DNA of 64,000 nt from an uncultured Bacilli bacterium (GTDB lineage: Bacteria > Bacillota_I > Bacilli_A > RF39 > UBA660). The stretch covers positions 25,200 to 89,199 of the forward strand of contig CAKORY010000002.1 of assembly GCA_934101795.1 (NCBI GenBank), written 5' to 3'. The notes under the pieces were generated by a model. The model was not told the origin of the DNA. It was given only the letters and a program-made list of their open reading frames with translations, and ran no database searches. The position numbers were made by a program, and so were the translations under genes. Of the stretch, positions 39,795 to 49,148 are shown piece by piece (the stretch's first letter is position 1; each line of letters opens with the position of its first letter).

Positions 39795-41252
39795 ATGAAA
39801 AAGAAATTATTTTTAATTTTTAGTTTAGTCATTGTACTTTGTGTTGGAATATTAATTTGTATATTAAAAAATTCGAATGATGTGTATGAAGAAAGCACAA
39901 TTAAAAGCTTTAAAAAAAATGAAAATATGCTTTCTATGATGCTTGAAACGAAACCTGAGAGTGGAAATTATGAAATGACCATCAGAGATAGTTGGCCAAC
40001 AAGTGGATATAAATTTAATTCAATATTATCTAAATGTGAAAATGGCGGAGAAATTAGCTGGGATGATGAAAATAAAAGAGTTTTGATGTCTGGTAATGTT
40101 TCAGATAAATGTTATGTGTATTTTGATTTAATTGTTAAGACTCAAATAAACATAAATGATACTTTATTGGAAAAGTTAAGTGAGAAAAGTTCATATGATT
40201 TTGTGAAAAGGTGTTGGTCTTCTGATTCACCACGTAATTTAACTATTACTATTGATAAAAATTATAAAGTTAATTATTTTGATTTGTTTGAATATATTAA
40301 CACTAATTATTCAGATACTATTTCATATGATTTTAATACTTATTTTTTTACTATGAATTCAATTAATTTACCTGATAGTTATTGTGAAGTTGCAGATACA
40401 TTATGTCTTTCTAGTAATATATCTGATCTGAATTTTACTACTAAATATTATTATGCACCAGATTCCAGTAGTTCAGGTTCGGGAATCGAATTAAATCCTG
40501 ACTCTGATTACCTTTCTAATATGTTTTATGATGGTCAAAATTTAATTGTGAATGGTGCTTCTGCAGCACATGCATTTGCTATACAATTTATTGAAGAGGG
40601 AAAAACTCCAAGTGATTGGTATAAAATATTTTTATGTTCATATTGTTTATCAGAAAATACCGAGGTGTATGTTTATGACAAAAAGAAAAAGAAGTTTAAA
40701 AAGAAGAAAATTAGTGAAGTTGATTATGATGATGAAATATTATGTTGGGACTTTGATAATGGTGAATTTGCTATAGCTAAACCTATTTGGATTAAAAAGT
40801 GTGAACAAACAAATAAATATAACTTACTTAAATTTAGTGATGGAAGTAGTTTAGAAACAATTAATCAACACAGAATATTTAATGTAGAAAAAGGTATGTT
40901 TACTTATCCAATGAGTGATGATACACCGATTGGAACAACAACATTTAATAGTAAAGGCGAATATGTTAAATTGGTAAGTAAAGAAGTAATTGAAAAACCA
41001 ATAGATTATTATAATGTAATGACAGAATATCATATTAATTTATTTGCAAATGATATACTTACATCCTGTAGATTAAGTAATATGTATAAGGTTAAGAATA
41101 TGAAATATGAATATAATAACAAAAGAAATAATGAATATGATTTATCTAAATATGATGAAAAGTTAGTAAACGGACTTAGATTAAGAGAGCAAGATATAGA
41201 AGAAAGTAAATTGAAAACTTATGTTGATAATATGCTTAGATTAATGAAATAA
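39795..41252 (+). CDS. Membrane-anchored extracytoplasmic protein with C-terminal Hint/bacterial-intein-like (BIL) autoprocessing domain and 60-aa tail
   Basis: TAGGAG RBS, MKKKLFLIFSLVIVLCVGILICIL TM anchor; Ser-rich linker SSSSGSG; Hint block A CLSENTEVYVYD (Cys at nt 40644), block B-like LETINQHRIF, C-terminal block NLFANDILTSC (nt ~41040-41069); lysine tract inside Hint. Confidence 0.55.
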   Translation: MKKKLFLIFSLVIVLCVGILICILKNSNDVYEESTIKSFKKNENMLSMMLETKPESGNYEMTIRDSWPTSGYKFNSILSKCENGGEISWDDENKRVLMSGNVSDKCYVYFDLIVKTQININDTLLEKLSEKSSYDFVKRCWSSDSPRNLTITIDKNYKVNYFDLFEYINTNYSDTISYDFNTYFFTMNSINLPDSYCEVADTLCLSSNISDLNFTTKYYYAPDSSSSGSGIELNPDSDYLSNMFYDGQNLIVNGASAAHAFAIQFIEEGKTPSDWYKIFLCSYCLSENTEVYVYDKKKKKFKKKKISEVDYDDEILCWDFDNGEFAIAKPIWIKKCEQTNKYNLLKFSDGSSLETINQHRIFNVEKGMFTYPMSDDTPIGTTTFNSKGEYVKLVSKEVIEKPIDYYNVMTEYHINLFANDILTSCRLSNMYKVKNMKYEYNNKRNNEYDLSKYDEKLVNGLRLREQDIEESKLKTYVDNMLRLMK

Positions 41253-41266
41253 TAAAACCAGCAAGT

Positions 41267-41830
41267 TTAAATGCTTGCTGGTTTTAGTCTTATTCTTGCT
41301 TTACCTAGTTCTTCGTCAGGTGTTTTTAATGTGTAATCCAAATGTGCATCATTTAATGCATAGCTAAATCTGTTTTTAAGTACATTTACCATGTTTGTGT
41401 ATACTTGAATAGCATTTTCATAACGATTTTGCTTAATTAAATCATAGCATGGAAGTATGTAATTGTGTGCTAAAATAATGGAATCAATTATTGGGCAATT
41501 TGCTAATTCATGACTTATTACGGGCCCAATAATGTCATATTCTTGAAGTAATGCTCTTCCTTCTTTTGTTTTCTTTAAATAATTTTCTCTGATAAATCTT
41601 AATGTTTGTAATACCTCGCAATTGTCTTCGTATCCAAGAATTTCACATACTATTGTAGTTATAAAACAACCAGATGGTGTGTATCCTCCTTCAAGTTTTT
41701 TTACGTAGCTATAGCATGCTTTTTCACTTGCATCTTTATATTTGCAAGTTTCTGTACAGTAACACCTATCTCCCCAATATTCTTTTTGATTTTTGTCAAA
41801 ATGTGCGCAATTTCCGCAGTAATCTGCCAT
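41267..41830 (-). CDS. Cys-rich hypothetical protein (zinc-ribbon-like N-terminus, CFITTIVC motif)
   Basis: 187 aa; nine Cys in first 71 aa (CGNCAHFD...CYCTETC...C...GCFITTIVCEILGYEDNC); convergent with Hint gene; own promoter region shared divergently with marR. Confidence 0.4.
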   Translation of the reverse strand: MADYCGNCAHFDKNQKEYWGDRCYCTETCKYKDASEKACYSYVKKLEGGYTPSGCFITTIVCEILGYEDNCEVLQTLRFIRENYLKKTKEGRALLQEYDIIGPVISHELANCPIIDSIILAHNYILPCYDLIKQNRYENAIQVYTNMVNVLKNRFSYALNDAHLDYTLKTPDEELGKARIRLKPASI

Positions 41831-41942
41831 TTTATTATTCCCCCTTTTTTTGAGTAATATATATTATAGTCATTTTTTAAAAAAAGTCAAGCTTTTTTAT
41901 TGTAAGGCACTTGACAATTTTTATTTAATGTATTAATATTGT

Positions 41943-42410
41943 ATGGCGGTGGTAGAAATGGAAGATAAATTACTTTATAATTTACATTTGTTAAATAAGC
42001 TTATTGCAAGAGAATTTATTTGTAATAATAAAGATTTATTTTGTGGTGATCCAAGTGCAACACAGATGATTATTATGAATTATATTTTAAATCATCAAAA
42101 TGAAGATATTTATCAAAAAGATTTAGAAGAAGCACTTCATTTAAGAAGAGCCACTGTTTCTGGAGTCCTTCAAACCATGGAAAAGCATGAGTTAATTGAA
42201 AGAGTTTTGTGTGATAATGATGTTAGATGTAAGAAAATTATTTTAAAAGAAAAAGCTAAGAAAATGTTTGATGTTAAAAAAATGGAATTTTTTAAATTAG
42301 AGGAAGTTATTAAAAAAGGTTTAAGTGATGAAGAAATTGAAATATTTTGTCATATAATAGAGAGTATGCAAAATAATATAAATGAGTATGCAAAGAGAAG
42401 AAAGGATTAA
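41943..42410 (+). CDS. MarR-family transcriptional regulator
   Basis: 155 aa, winged-HTH region (LEEALHLRRATVSGVLQTMEKHELIER); promoter TTGACA-17-TAATAT upstream. Confidence 0.8.
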   Translation: MAVVEMEDKLLYNLHLLNKLIAREFICNNKDLFCGDPSATQMIIMNYILNHQNEDIYQKDLEEALHLRRATVSGVLQTMEKHELIERVLCDNDVRCKKIILKEKAKKMFDVKKMEFFKLEEVIKKGLSDEEIEIFCHIIESMQNNINEYAKRRKD

Positions 42411-42412
42411 TT

Positions 42413-44176
42413 ATGTTTAAATTATTAAAAAGTTTTAGAAAAAAAGAATGGTTAATTACTATAGTTAGTGTTTGTTTAATAGTTATGCAAGTGTGGCTTG
42501 AATTAAAGATGCCTGATTATATGTCAAAAGTTACTATTTTAGTGCAAACTGAAGGTAGTAAAATGTCTGATATTTTAATAAATGGTGGATATATGCTTTT
42601 ATGTGCTTTTGGAAGTTTAGTTGGTGCTGTTATTGTTGGATATTCAATTGCGTTGTTGTCAGCTGGATTTTCTAAGAAACTTAGAGGTAAACTGTTTAGA
42701 AAAGTAGAAGAAATGTCTATGAGTGAAGTAAAAGGTTTTTCTACGAATAGTTTGATTACGAGAACTACGAATGATATTACACAAGTTGAAATGTTTGTAG
42801 GCTTTGGGTTGCAATTATTAATTAAAGCTCCAGTTACGGCGGTTTGGGCTATAACTAAAATTCTTAATAAAAGTTGGGAATGGAGTGTGGTAACATCTGT
42901 TGCTGTAGTTATTTTACTTGTTGTAATTGGCATTTTAACTATTATTGTGCTACCTAAATTTAAGATTGTACAAAAGTTAACAGATAAATTAAATGAAGTT
43001 ACAAGAGAAAATTTAACTGGTATAAGAGTAGTTAGAGCATTTAATGCGGAAGACTATCAAGAAAAGAAATTTAAAAATGTAAATGATGATTTAACTAATT
43101 TACAATTGTTTAATCAAAAATCAATGTCAATTATGTCGCCGGTTATGTATTTAATTATGTATATGTTAACACTTGTTATATATTTTATTGGGGCTTATCT
43201 TATTAAGGATGCCATGATGGCTGATAAAATAGCATTATTTGGTGATATGGTAGTTTTTTCATCTTATGCAATGCAGATTATAATGTCATTCTTGATGCTT
43301 GCTATGATATTTATGATTTTGCCAAGAGCAGAGGTTTCTGCATCTAGAATTAATGAAGTTCTTGATACTGATATAAGTGTTAAGGATGGTGATGCTCAAA
43401 CTAAAAGTGAAGTTGGTACAATTGAATTTAAAAATGTTTCGTTTAAGTATCCTGATGCCGAAGAGTATGTTTTAAGAAATATATCGTTTAAGGCAAATAA
43501 AGGAGATACTGTGGCATTTATTGGTTCTACTGGTTCAGGTAAATCGACTTTGATTAATTTAATTGTAAGATTTTATGATGTGACTGAAGGCGAAATACTT
43601 ATTGATGGTAGAAATATTAAGGATTATAAGCTTGAGTATTTATATAAGTTAATTGGTTATGTTCCTCAGAAAGCAGTTATGTTTAATGGAACAGTAAATT
43701 CTAATATTGCTTATGGTGATGCTAAAAAAGTAATATCTGATAATGAAATAAAGGAAGCAGCAAGAGTTGCACAGGCTGATGATTTTGTGTCAAAAATGGA
43801 TAATGGGTATGAATCTCATATAGCTCAAGGTGGTACGAATGTTTCTGGGGGTCAAAAACAAAGACTTGCAATTGCACGTGCTATAGCTAAAAATCCTGAA
43901 ATATATATTTTTGATGACTCATTTTCTGCTTTAGATTATAAAACTGATGCTGTTCTTCGTGAAGAATTAAAGAAATACACAAAGGATGCAACTAGTTTAA
44001 TAGTTGCTCAAAGGATTGGTACAATAATGAATGCTGATAAAATAATAGTTCTAGATAATGGAACATCTGTAGGTGTTGGTACACATGAAGAATTATTAAA
44101 AAATTGTGAAGTTTATAAAGAAATTGCTTTATCACAACTTTCAAAGGAGGAATTAGATAATGCCAAGACCAAATAG
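42413..44176 (+). CDS. ABC exporter half-transporter (TMD-NBD), heterodimer partner 1
   Basis: 6 TM + NBD: Walker A GSTGSGKST, signature VSGGQKQRLAIARA, Walker B IYIFDDSFSALD. Confidence 0.9.
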   Translation: MFKLLKSFRKKEWLITIVSVCLIVMQVWLELKMPDYMSKVTILVQTEGSKMSDILINGGYMLLCAFGSLVGAVIVGYSIALLSAGFSKKLRGKLFRKVEEMSMSEVKGFSTNSLITRTTNDITQVEMFVGFGLQLLIKAPVTAVWAITKILNKSWEWSVVTSVAVVILLVVIGILTIIVLPKFKIVQKLTDKLNEVTRENLTGIRVVRAFNAEDYQEKKFKNVNDDLTNLQLFNQKSMSIMSPVMYLIMYMLTLVIYFIGAYLIKDAMMADKIALFGDMVVFSSYAMQIIMSFLMLAMIFMILPRAEVSASRINEVLDTDISVKDGDAQTKSEVGTIEFKNVSFKYPDAEEYVLRNISFKANKGDTVAFIGSTGSGKSTLINLIVRFYDVTEGEILIDGRNIKDYKLEYLYKLIGYVPQKAVMFNGTVNSNIAYGDAKKVISDNEIKEAARVAQADDFVSKMDNGYESHIAQGGTNVSGGQKQRLAIARAIAKNPEIYIFDDSFSALDYKTDAVLREELKKYTKDATSLIVAQRIGTIMNADKIIVLDNGTSVGVGTHEELLKNCEVYKEIALSQLSKEELDNAKTK

Positions 44177-46424
44177 AGAAGTAGAAAAAGCTAAAGATTT
44201 TAAGGGCGCTATTAAAAGGTTAATTAATGAATTGTCAGGTTTTAAAAAATTAACTGTAGTTGCGTTAGTTCTAGCAGCTTTAGGTTCTATTCTTACTATA
44301 GTAACACCTGATATTTTGTCTAATTTAACTGATGAAATATCAAATGGTTTAGTTATGAATAAAGATAATTTTGAAAAAATTACAAAAGAAGTAACTGGTA
44401 GTTTAAATGAAGAAAATATTAATAAAGTTGTTAAAATAGACTTTAGTGAAAAAAATATAACAAGTATTATGATGGATAATGGTATTTCTTCAGAAGATAA
44501 GGAAAGTTTTCGTAAATTACTAGGAGAAATGCAAAGTGATTCTGGTAATAAAGTTAAGTTAATTGCTAATATTCCAGATAGTATTTTACATAAACTTGTT
44601 GTAAGCAATAAGGAAGATACCATTAAATTTATTAAGAGCTTAAATGGAAATGTTGAAATCCCAGATAGTATTGCTAAAGAAATATTTAAAGAATTTGAAA
44701 TTGATGGTGTTAAAATAAGTGTAAGTGATCAGAGGAAATTTTTGAAAATAGTTAGTGGTATGAATGAAAATATGGATGCAACTAGTATATATGCAAAAGT
44801 AGATGAAATGCCTAGTTCTATAAAAGAATTAGTTGAACCATATATGAATATTGATAAAATAGAAAATATAGCTATATTTTTGGTTACTATTTACTTGATT
44901 AGTGCAATATTTACTTATTTTGAGTCAATACTTATGTGTGATGTTTCAAATAATTTTGCTAGAAAACTACGTGGTAATATTTCAAGTAAAATAAATAGGT
45001 TGCCACTTAAATATTTTGACAAACATGCAATTGGTGATACTTTATCAAGAGTAACAAATGATGTTGATACAATTGCTCAATCTATGAATCAATCATTATC
45101 AACTTTGGTTAGTGCAATTACATTATTCGTGGGAACTACAATTATGATGTTTGTAACGAACTGGGTTATGGCTATTACAGCAATACTTGCAAGTTTATTC
45201 GGGTTTGCATTTATGGCAGTTATTTTAGGTAAATCTCAAAAATACTTTGTGGCTAAACAAAAAGAACTTGGTAATTTAAATGGACATATTGAAGAAGTAT
45301 ATTCAGGACTTAATGTAGTTAAAACATATAATGGTCAAAAAATATCAAATGAAAAGTTTGATGAATTAAATGATAAATTATATAAAGCTAATTGGAAGAG
45401 TGGTTTTTTATCTGGGCTTATGATGCCTATGATGAATTTTATTGGTAACTTTGGTTATGTTGCAGTATGCGTTGTTGGGGCACTACTTGCCTTAAATGGT
45501 TATATTAGTTTTGGAGTAATCGTTGCATTTATTGTTTATGTTAGATTATTTGTTTCTCCGCTTTCTCAAATAGCTCAAGCTATGACTAGCTTACAATCAA
45601 CTGCAGCAGCTAGTGAAAGGGTATTTGAATTTTTAGATGAAAAAGAAATGCTTGATGAAAGCAAATTAATAAAAATCTTAGATAAAAAAGAAGTAAAAGG
45701 TAATATTGAATTTAAAAATGTTGAATTTAAATATGATGGTAATGAAACTCCAACAATTAAGAATTTTAGTGCTAAAGCAAAAGCTGGCCAAAAAATAGCT
45801 ATTGTTGGACCTACAGGTGCTGGTAAGACTACGATGGTAAATTTACTTATGAAGTTCTATGATATTAATAGTGGAGAAATACTTATTGATGGTGTTTCTA
45901 CCAAAGAATTAACAAGGAATAATATTCATAGGTTGTTTACTATGGTTCTTCAAGATACTTGGGTATTTAATGGTACTGTTAGGGATAATATTGTTTATAA
46001 TGCTGAAAATATAACTGATGAAGAAGTTGAAACTGTTTGTAAAACTGTTGGACTTGACCATTTCATTAAAACGTTACCTGATGGATATAATACTATATTA
46101 AGTGATAATGATTCCATTTCTGCAGGTCAAAGACAACTTTTAACTATTGCCCGAGGTATGTTGCAAGATGCACCATTCTTAATTTTGGATGAAGCTACTA
46201 GTAATGTTGATACAAGAACTGAAGAATTAGTGCAAAAGGCAATGGATAAATTAACTCATGGTAAAACTTCATTTATTATTGCCCACAGATTATCAACAAT
46301 AAAAAATGCTGATTTAATACTTGTTATGAATAATGGTAATATAATTGAGCAAGGAAATCACGAGGATCTTATGAAACAAAAAGGTTTTTATGCCGATTTG
46401 TATAATTCACAATTTAAGTTATAA
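44160..46424 (+). CDS. ABC exporter half-transporter (TMD-NBD) with ~170-aa extracytoplasmic insertion between TM1 and TM2
   Basis: Walker A GPTGAGKTT, signature ISAGQRQLLTIARG, Walker B FLILDEATSNVD; 754 aa, long soluble segment after first TM. Confidence 0.88.
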   Translation: MPRPNREVEKAKDFKGAIKRLINELSGFKKLTVVALVLAALGSILTIVTPDILSNLTDEISNGLVMNKDNFEKITKEVTGSLNEENINKVVKIDFSEKNITSIMMDNGISSEDKESFRKLLGEMQSDSGNKVKLIANIPDSILHKLVVSNKEDTIKFIKSLNGNVEIPDSIAKEIFKEFEIDGVKISVSDQRKFLKIVSGMNENMDATSIYAKVDEMPSSIKELVEPYMNIDKIENIAIFLVTIYLISAIFTYFESILMCDVSNNFARKLRGNISSKINRLPLKYFDKHAIGDTLSRVTNDVDTIAQSMNQSLSTLVSAITLFVGTTIMMFVTNWVMAITAILASLFGFAFMAVILGKSQKYFVAKQKELGNLNGHIEEVYSGLNVVKTYNGQKISNEKFDELNDKLYKANWKSGFLSGLMMPMMNFIGNFGYVAVCVVGALLALNGYISFGVIVAFIVYVRLFVSPLSQIAQAMTSLQSTAAASERVFEFLDEKEMLDESKLIKILDKKEVKGNIEFKNVEFKYDGNETPTIKNFSAKAKAGQKIAIVGPTGAGKTTMVNLLMKFYDINSGEILIDGVSTKELTRNNIHRLFTMVLQDTWVFNGTVRDNIVYNAENITDEEVETVCKTVGLDHFIKTLPDGYNTILSDNDSISAGQRQLLTIARGMLQDAPFLILDEATSNVDTRTEELVQKAMDKLTHGKTSFIIAHRLSTIKNADLILVMNNGNIIEQGNHEDLMKQKGFYADLYNSQFKL

Positions 46425-46587
46425 AGAGTGCTTAGGCATTCTTTTTTTGAAAATGTAATAATTTATTTTTTTTACATAATGAAAGCATTTAAAACTAAGT
46501 ATTTTTATGATATACTGGAGTTGAATTTAAATTTGAAAAAACTATATATAGGTGTTATAATAATTCCTGATTTAGGAGGTGACTTTT

Positions 46588-47289
46588 TTGCATAATAAAA
46601 TTTTGGTAGCAGAAGATGATACGGATATAGTAGAACTTCTTAAACTTTATTTAGAAAGTAATGGTTTTGAAGTGACATCAACATACGATGGATTTGAAGC
46701 TTTGGATGCTTTTAAAAAAGGTAATTATGATATTATAATTGCAGATTTAATGATGCCCGGCTTAAATGGTTATGAACTTATTAAAATTGTAAGAGAAACT
46801 AGTAATATTCCTATAATTATTGTATCTGCTAAAAATATGGATAGTGATAAAGTTCTGGGACTTGATATCGGTGCTGATGCTTATATAACTAAACCATTTA
46901 ATCCTTTGGAGTTAGTTGCTTATGTTAAAGCACTTCTTCGTAGATATTATGAGTTTAAAAGTTTAAATAATGAAATTAATACCTTAAATGTTGGTGAACT
47001 TTCTCTTGATTTAAGTAAATATATTTTTATGAAAAATAATAAAATTGTGCCCCTTACATCAACTGAAATTAAAATACTTGCAATGATGATGAAGTCACCT
47101 GGTAAAGTATTTACAAGGAGCCAAATTTATGAATGTATAAATGGTAATTTTTATGATACTGATGATAATACCATGATGGTTCATATTTCAAATATAAGGG
47201 GGAAAATTGAGGATAATCCTGCAAAACCAGAGTATATAAAAACAGTTAGGGGGTTAGGTTATAAACTTGAAAATAAAGAAGAATTATAG
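46588..47289 (+). CDS. OmpR-family response regulator
   Basis: receiver domain (ILVAEDD...D...IADLMMPGLNG...K) plus winged-helix C-terminus (GYKLE); likely TTG start 10 nt after GGAGG (ORF track GTG at 46579). Confidence 0.85.
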   Translation: MHNKILVAEDDTDIVELLKLYLESNGFEVTSTYDGFEALDAFKKGNYDIIIADLMMPGLNGYELIKIVRETSNIPIIIVSAKNMDSDKVLGLDIGADAYITKPFNPLELVAYVKALLRRYYEFKSLNNEINTLNVGELSLDLSKYIFMKNNKIVPLTSTEIKILAMMMKSPGKVFTRSQIYECINGNFYDTDDNTMMVHISNIRGKIEDNPAKPEYIKTVRGLGYKLENKEEL

Positions 47290-48841
47290 TTTTAGCAAAT
47301 ATATTATTATTCAATTTGCTATTTACACATTAATTATTTTAGGGGTTGCTTTATTAACATATTTATCAATTAATTGGAGGCTTAATAATAGTTTCTTAGT
47401 ATTGGATGATTTTCTTCTTTATAAAGAAAAACTTGAGTATGAAGATTATGATGGTATTCCAATGTCTAAGTTTCCTGGCTGCGATTTTGCCATATATGAT
47501 GAAAATAATGAACTTATTTTTACAACTGATGGTGATGTAAATGATATTGTTGAAGGTGATGACTTAGAGTTTGTTAACGATTATAGTGGAACTTATTATT
47601 ATAATATTTTTAATTACAAAGAAAAAAATAGAGATAAAATATATAAAATATATAAAACCACATATGATGCTGAAATTGATGAAGAAATAGTTATTGGTAA
47701 TGCTAAATTAAATGAAGACTTGGAAATAGTTGATGGCAATCTTTTTAATGAGAAAAATAGCTTAACTGAAAGAGAACTTAATTTACTAAATGGTTATTAT
47801 AATGATGAACAAATGGTAGAAAAGTATGAATATGTAACATCTGGTAATGGATTAAAGAGAACTTTGCTTTTTATGTCACCGACATTTACTGCGGAAAGCT
47901 ATGATTCTGCGGTTTCTGATTCTAGTAACGTGTGGTTTATTTCTATTCCAATTTTGATAATTATTATTATAATTGAAACTTATATATTTAATCGTAGAGT
48001 TAAAAAAATCTTAAAAGAATTAAATAAAGTTATTTCATCTTATGAAAATGAAGAAATTATTGTAAATGATACGAATTTACCAAAGGAATTTGATGAAGTT
48101 GCAGAAAGTTTTGAAAATTTAATGGAAAAATTAAAAAAATCAAATGCAGAAAAAATTAAAATTTATGAAGATAAACAAAAATCTATTGCTAATTTATCTC
48201 ATGATTTAAAAACCCCCCTTACTGTTATTAGTGGGTACTCAAAAGCATTTTTAGATGATTTGGTTCCTGATAATAAGAAAAGACAATATATGGAGAGTAT
48301 CAATAAGAAAGCGTGCGTTGCAACAGATGCTATTGATTCATTGTTTTTATATACACATATGAATAATTCAGAGTATAGTTTATGTAGAGAAAAAATAGAT
48401 ATAGTAACATTTACTAAAGAATATTTAGCGGAAAAATATAATGAAATTGAATCTGCTGGTATGTATTTAGAAGTAGATATTAAAGTGAATAAAATAATGT
48501 TTGATGCTGATAAAAATGCTTTCAGAAGAATATATGAGAATATAATAAATAATTCTATTAAATATAATAAAAAAGGAACTAAGATATATTTTAAAATGTG
48601 GAAAGATAAAACGTTAAATATAGTAATCGGAGATGATGGCATTGGAATTGATAAAGAAATAAAAGATAGATTATTTGAACCATTTGTTACAAGTAATAAA
48701 GCTAGGACATCTGGTGAAGGTACTGGACTGGGACTTGCAATTGTTAAAAACTTTGTAGAACTTCATGATGGTGAAATAGTTTTAGTAAGTAAAGCACATA
48801 GAAAAATGAAGACCGAGTTTTTAATGAAATTTAAAATTTAA
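47267..48841 (+). CDS. Sensor histidine kinase with ~170-aa extracytoplasmic sensor domain
   Basis: two TM segments flanking periplasmic-type domain; H-box LSHDLKTPLT; HATPase motifs GDDGIGI, GTGLGLAIV. Confidence 0.85.
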   Translation: MKIKKNYSFSKYIIIQFAIYTLIILGVALLTYLSINWRLNNSFLVLDDFLLYKEKLEYEDYDGIPMSKFPGCDFAIYDENNELIFTTDGDVNDIVEGDDLEFVNDYSGTYYYNIFNYKEKNRDKIYKIYKTTYDAEIDEEIVIGNAKLNEDLEIVDGNLFNEKNSLTERELNLLNGYYNDEQMVEKYEYVTSGNGLKRTLLFMSPTFTAESYDSAVSDSSNVWFISIPILIIIIIIETYIFNRRVKKILKELNKVISSYENEEIIVNDTNLPKEFDEVAESFENLMEKLKKSNAEKIKIYEDKQKSIANLSHDLKTPLTVISGYSKAFLDDLVPDNKKRQYMESINKKACVATDAIDSLFLYTHMNNSEYSLCREKIDIVTFTKEYLAEKYNEIESAGMYLEVDIKVNKIMFDADKNAFRRIYENIINNSIKYNKKGTKIYFKMWKDKTLNIVIGDDGIGIDKEIKDRLFEPFVTSNKARTSGEGTGLGLAIVKNFVELHDGEIVLVSKAHRKMKTEFLMKFKI

Positions 48842-48920
48842 TAAGTAATTTGTTGCTAAAATAAAACAAGTATATACATGTATATACTTGTTTTTATGCT
48901 GTAATAAATAACAATATAAG

Positions 48921-49010
48921 AAAAGCATCTAAATCAACGGGGTTGGTTTAGATGCAAACCACTAAATTGGTAGCATCCAATCTCGACAAAAACTGGATGT
49001 TCCTTTTATT
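48921..49010 (+). ncRNA. Conserved two-hairpin intergenic element, copy B (in leader of Dlt-like cluster)
   Basis: ~85% identical to 18701-18790 with same two stems (gcatctaaa.../...tttagatgc; catcca/tggatg) and U-rich 3' end; located after HK terminator hairpin (48860-48895). Confidence 0.45.
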
Positions 49011-49148
49011 ATATGCAAATCTTCTTTGCTAAATACATAAATAACATAAATGTGGCTAAAAGTCAAATTCAATTTCTTAATAAAAATTAAGATTTGGTTA
49101 AGAAATAATTTATTATATTAATGTATAATTGTTTTGAGGTAAAAATGT

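Noticed and set aside
42517-42933. 138-aa antisense ORF inside ABC exporter gene
   Set aside because: Antisense to well-supported ABC transporter; no independent evidence.
44153-44623. 156-aa antisense ORF across ABC exporter junction
   Set aside because: Same reasoning; low-complexity antisense translation.
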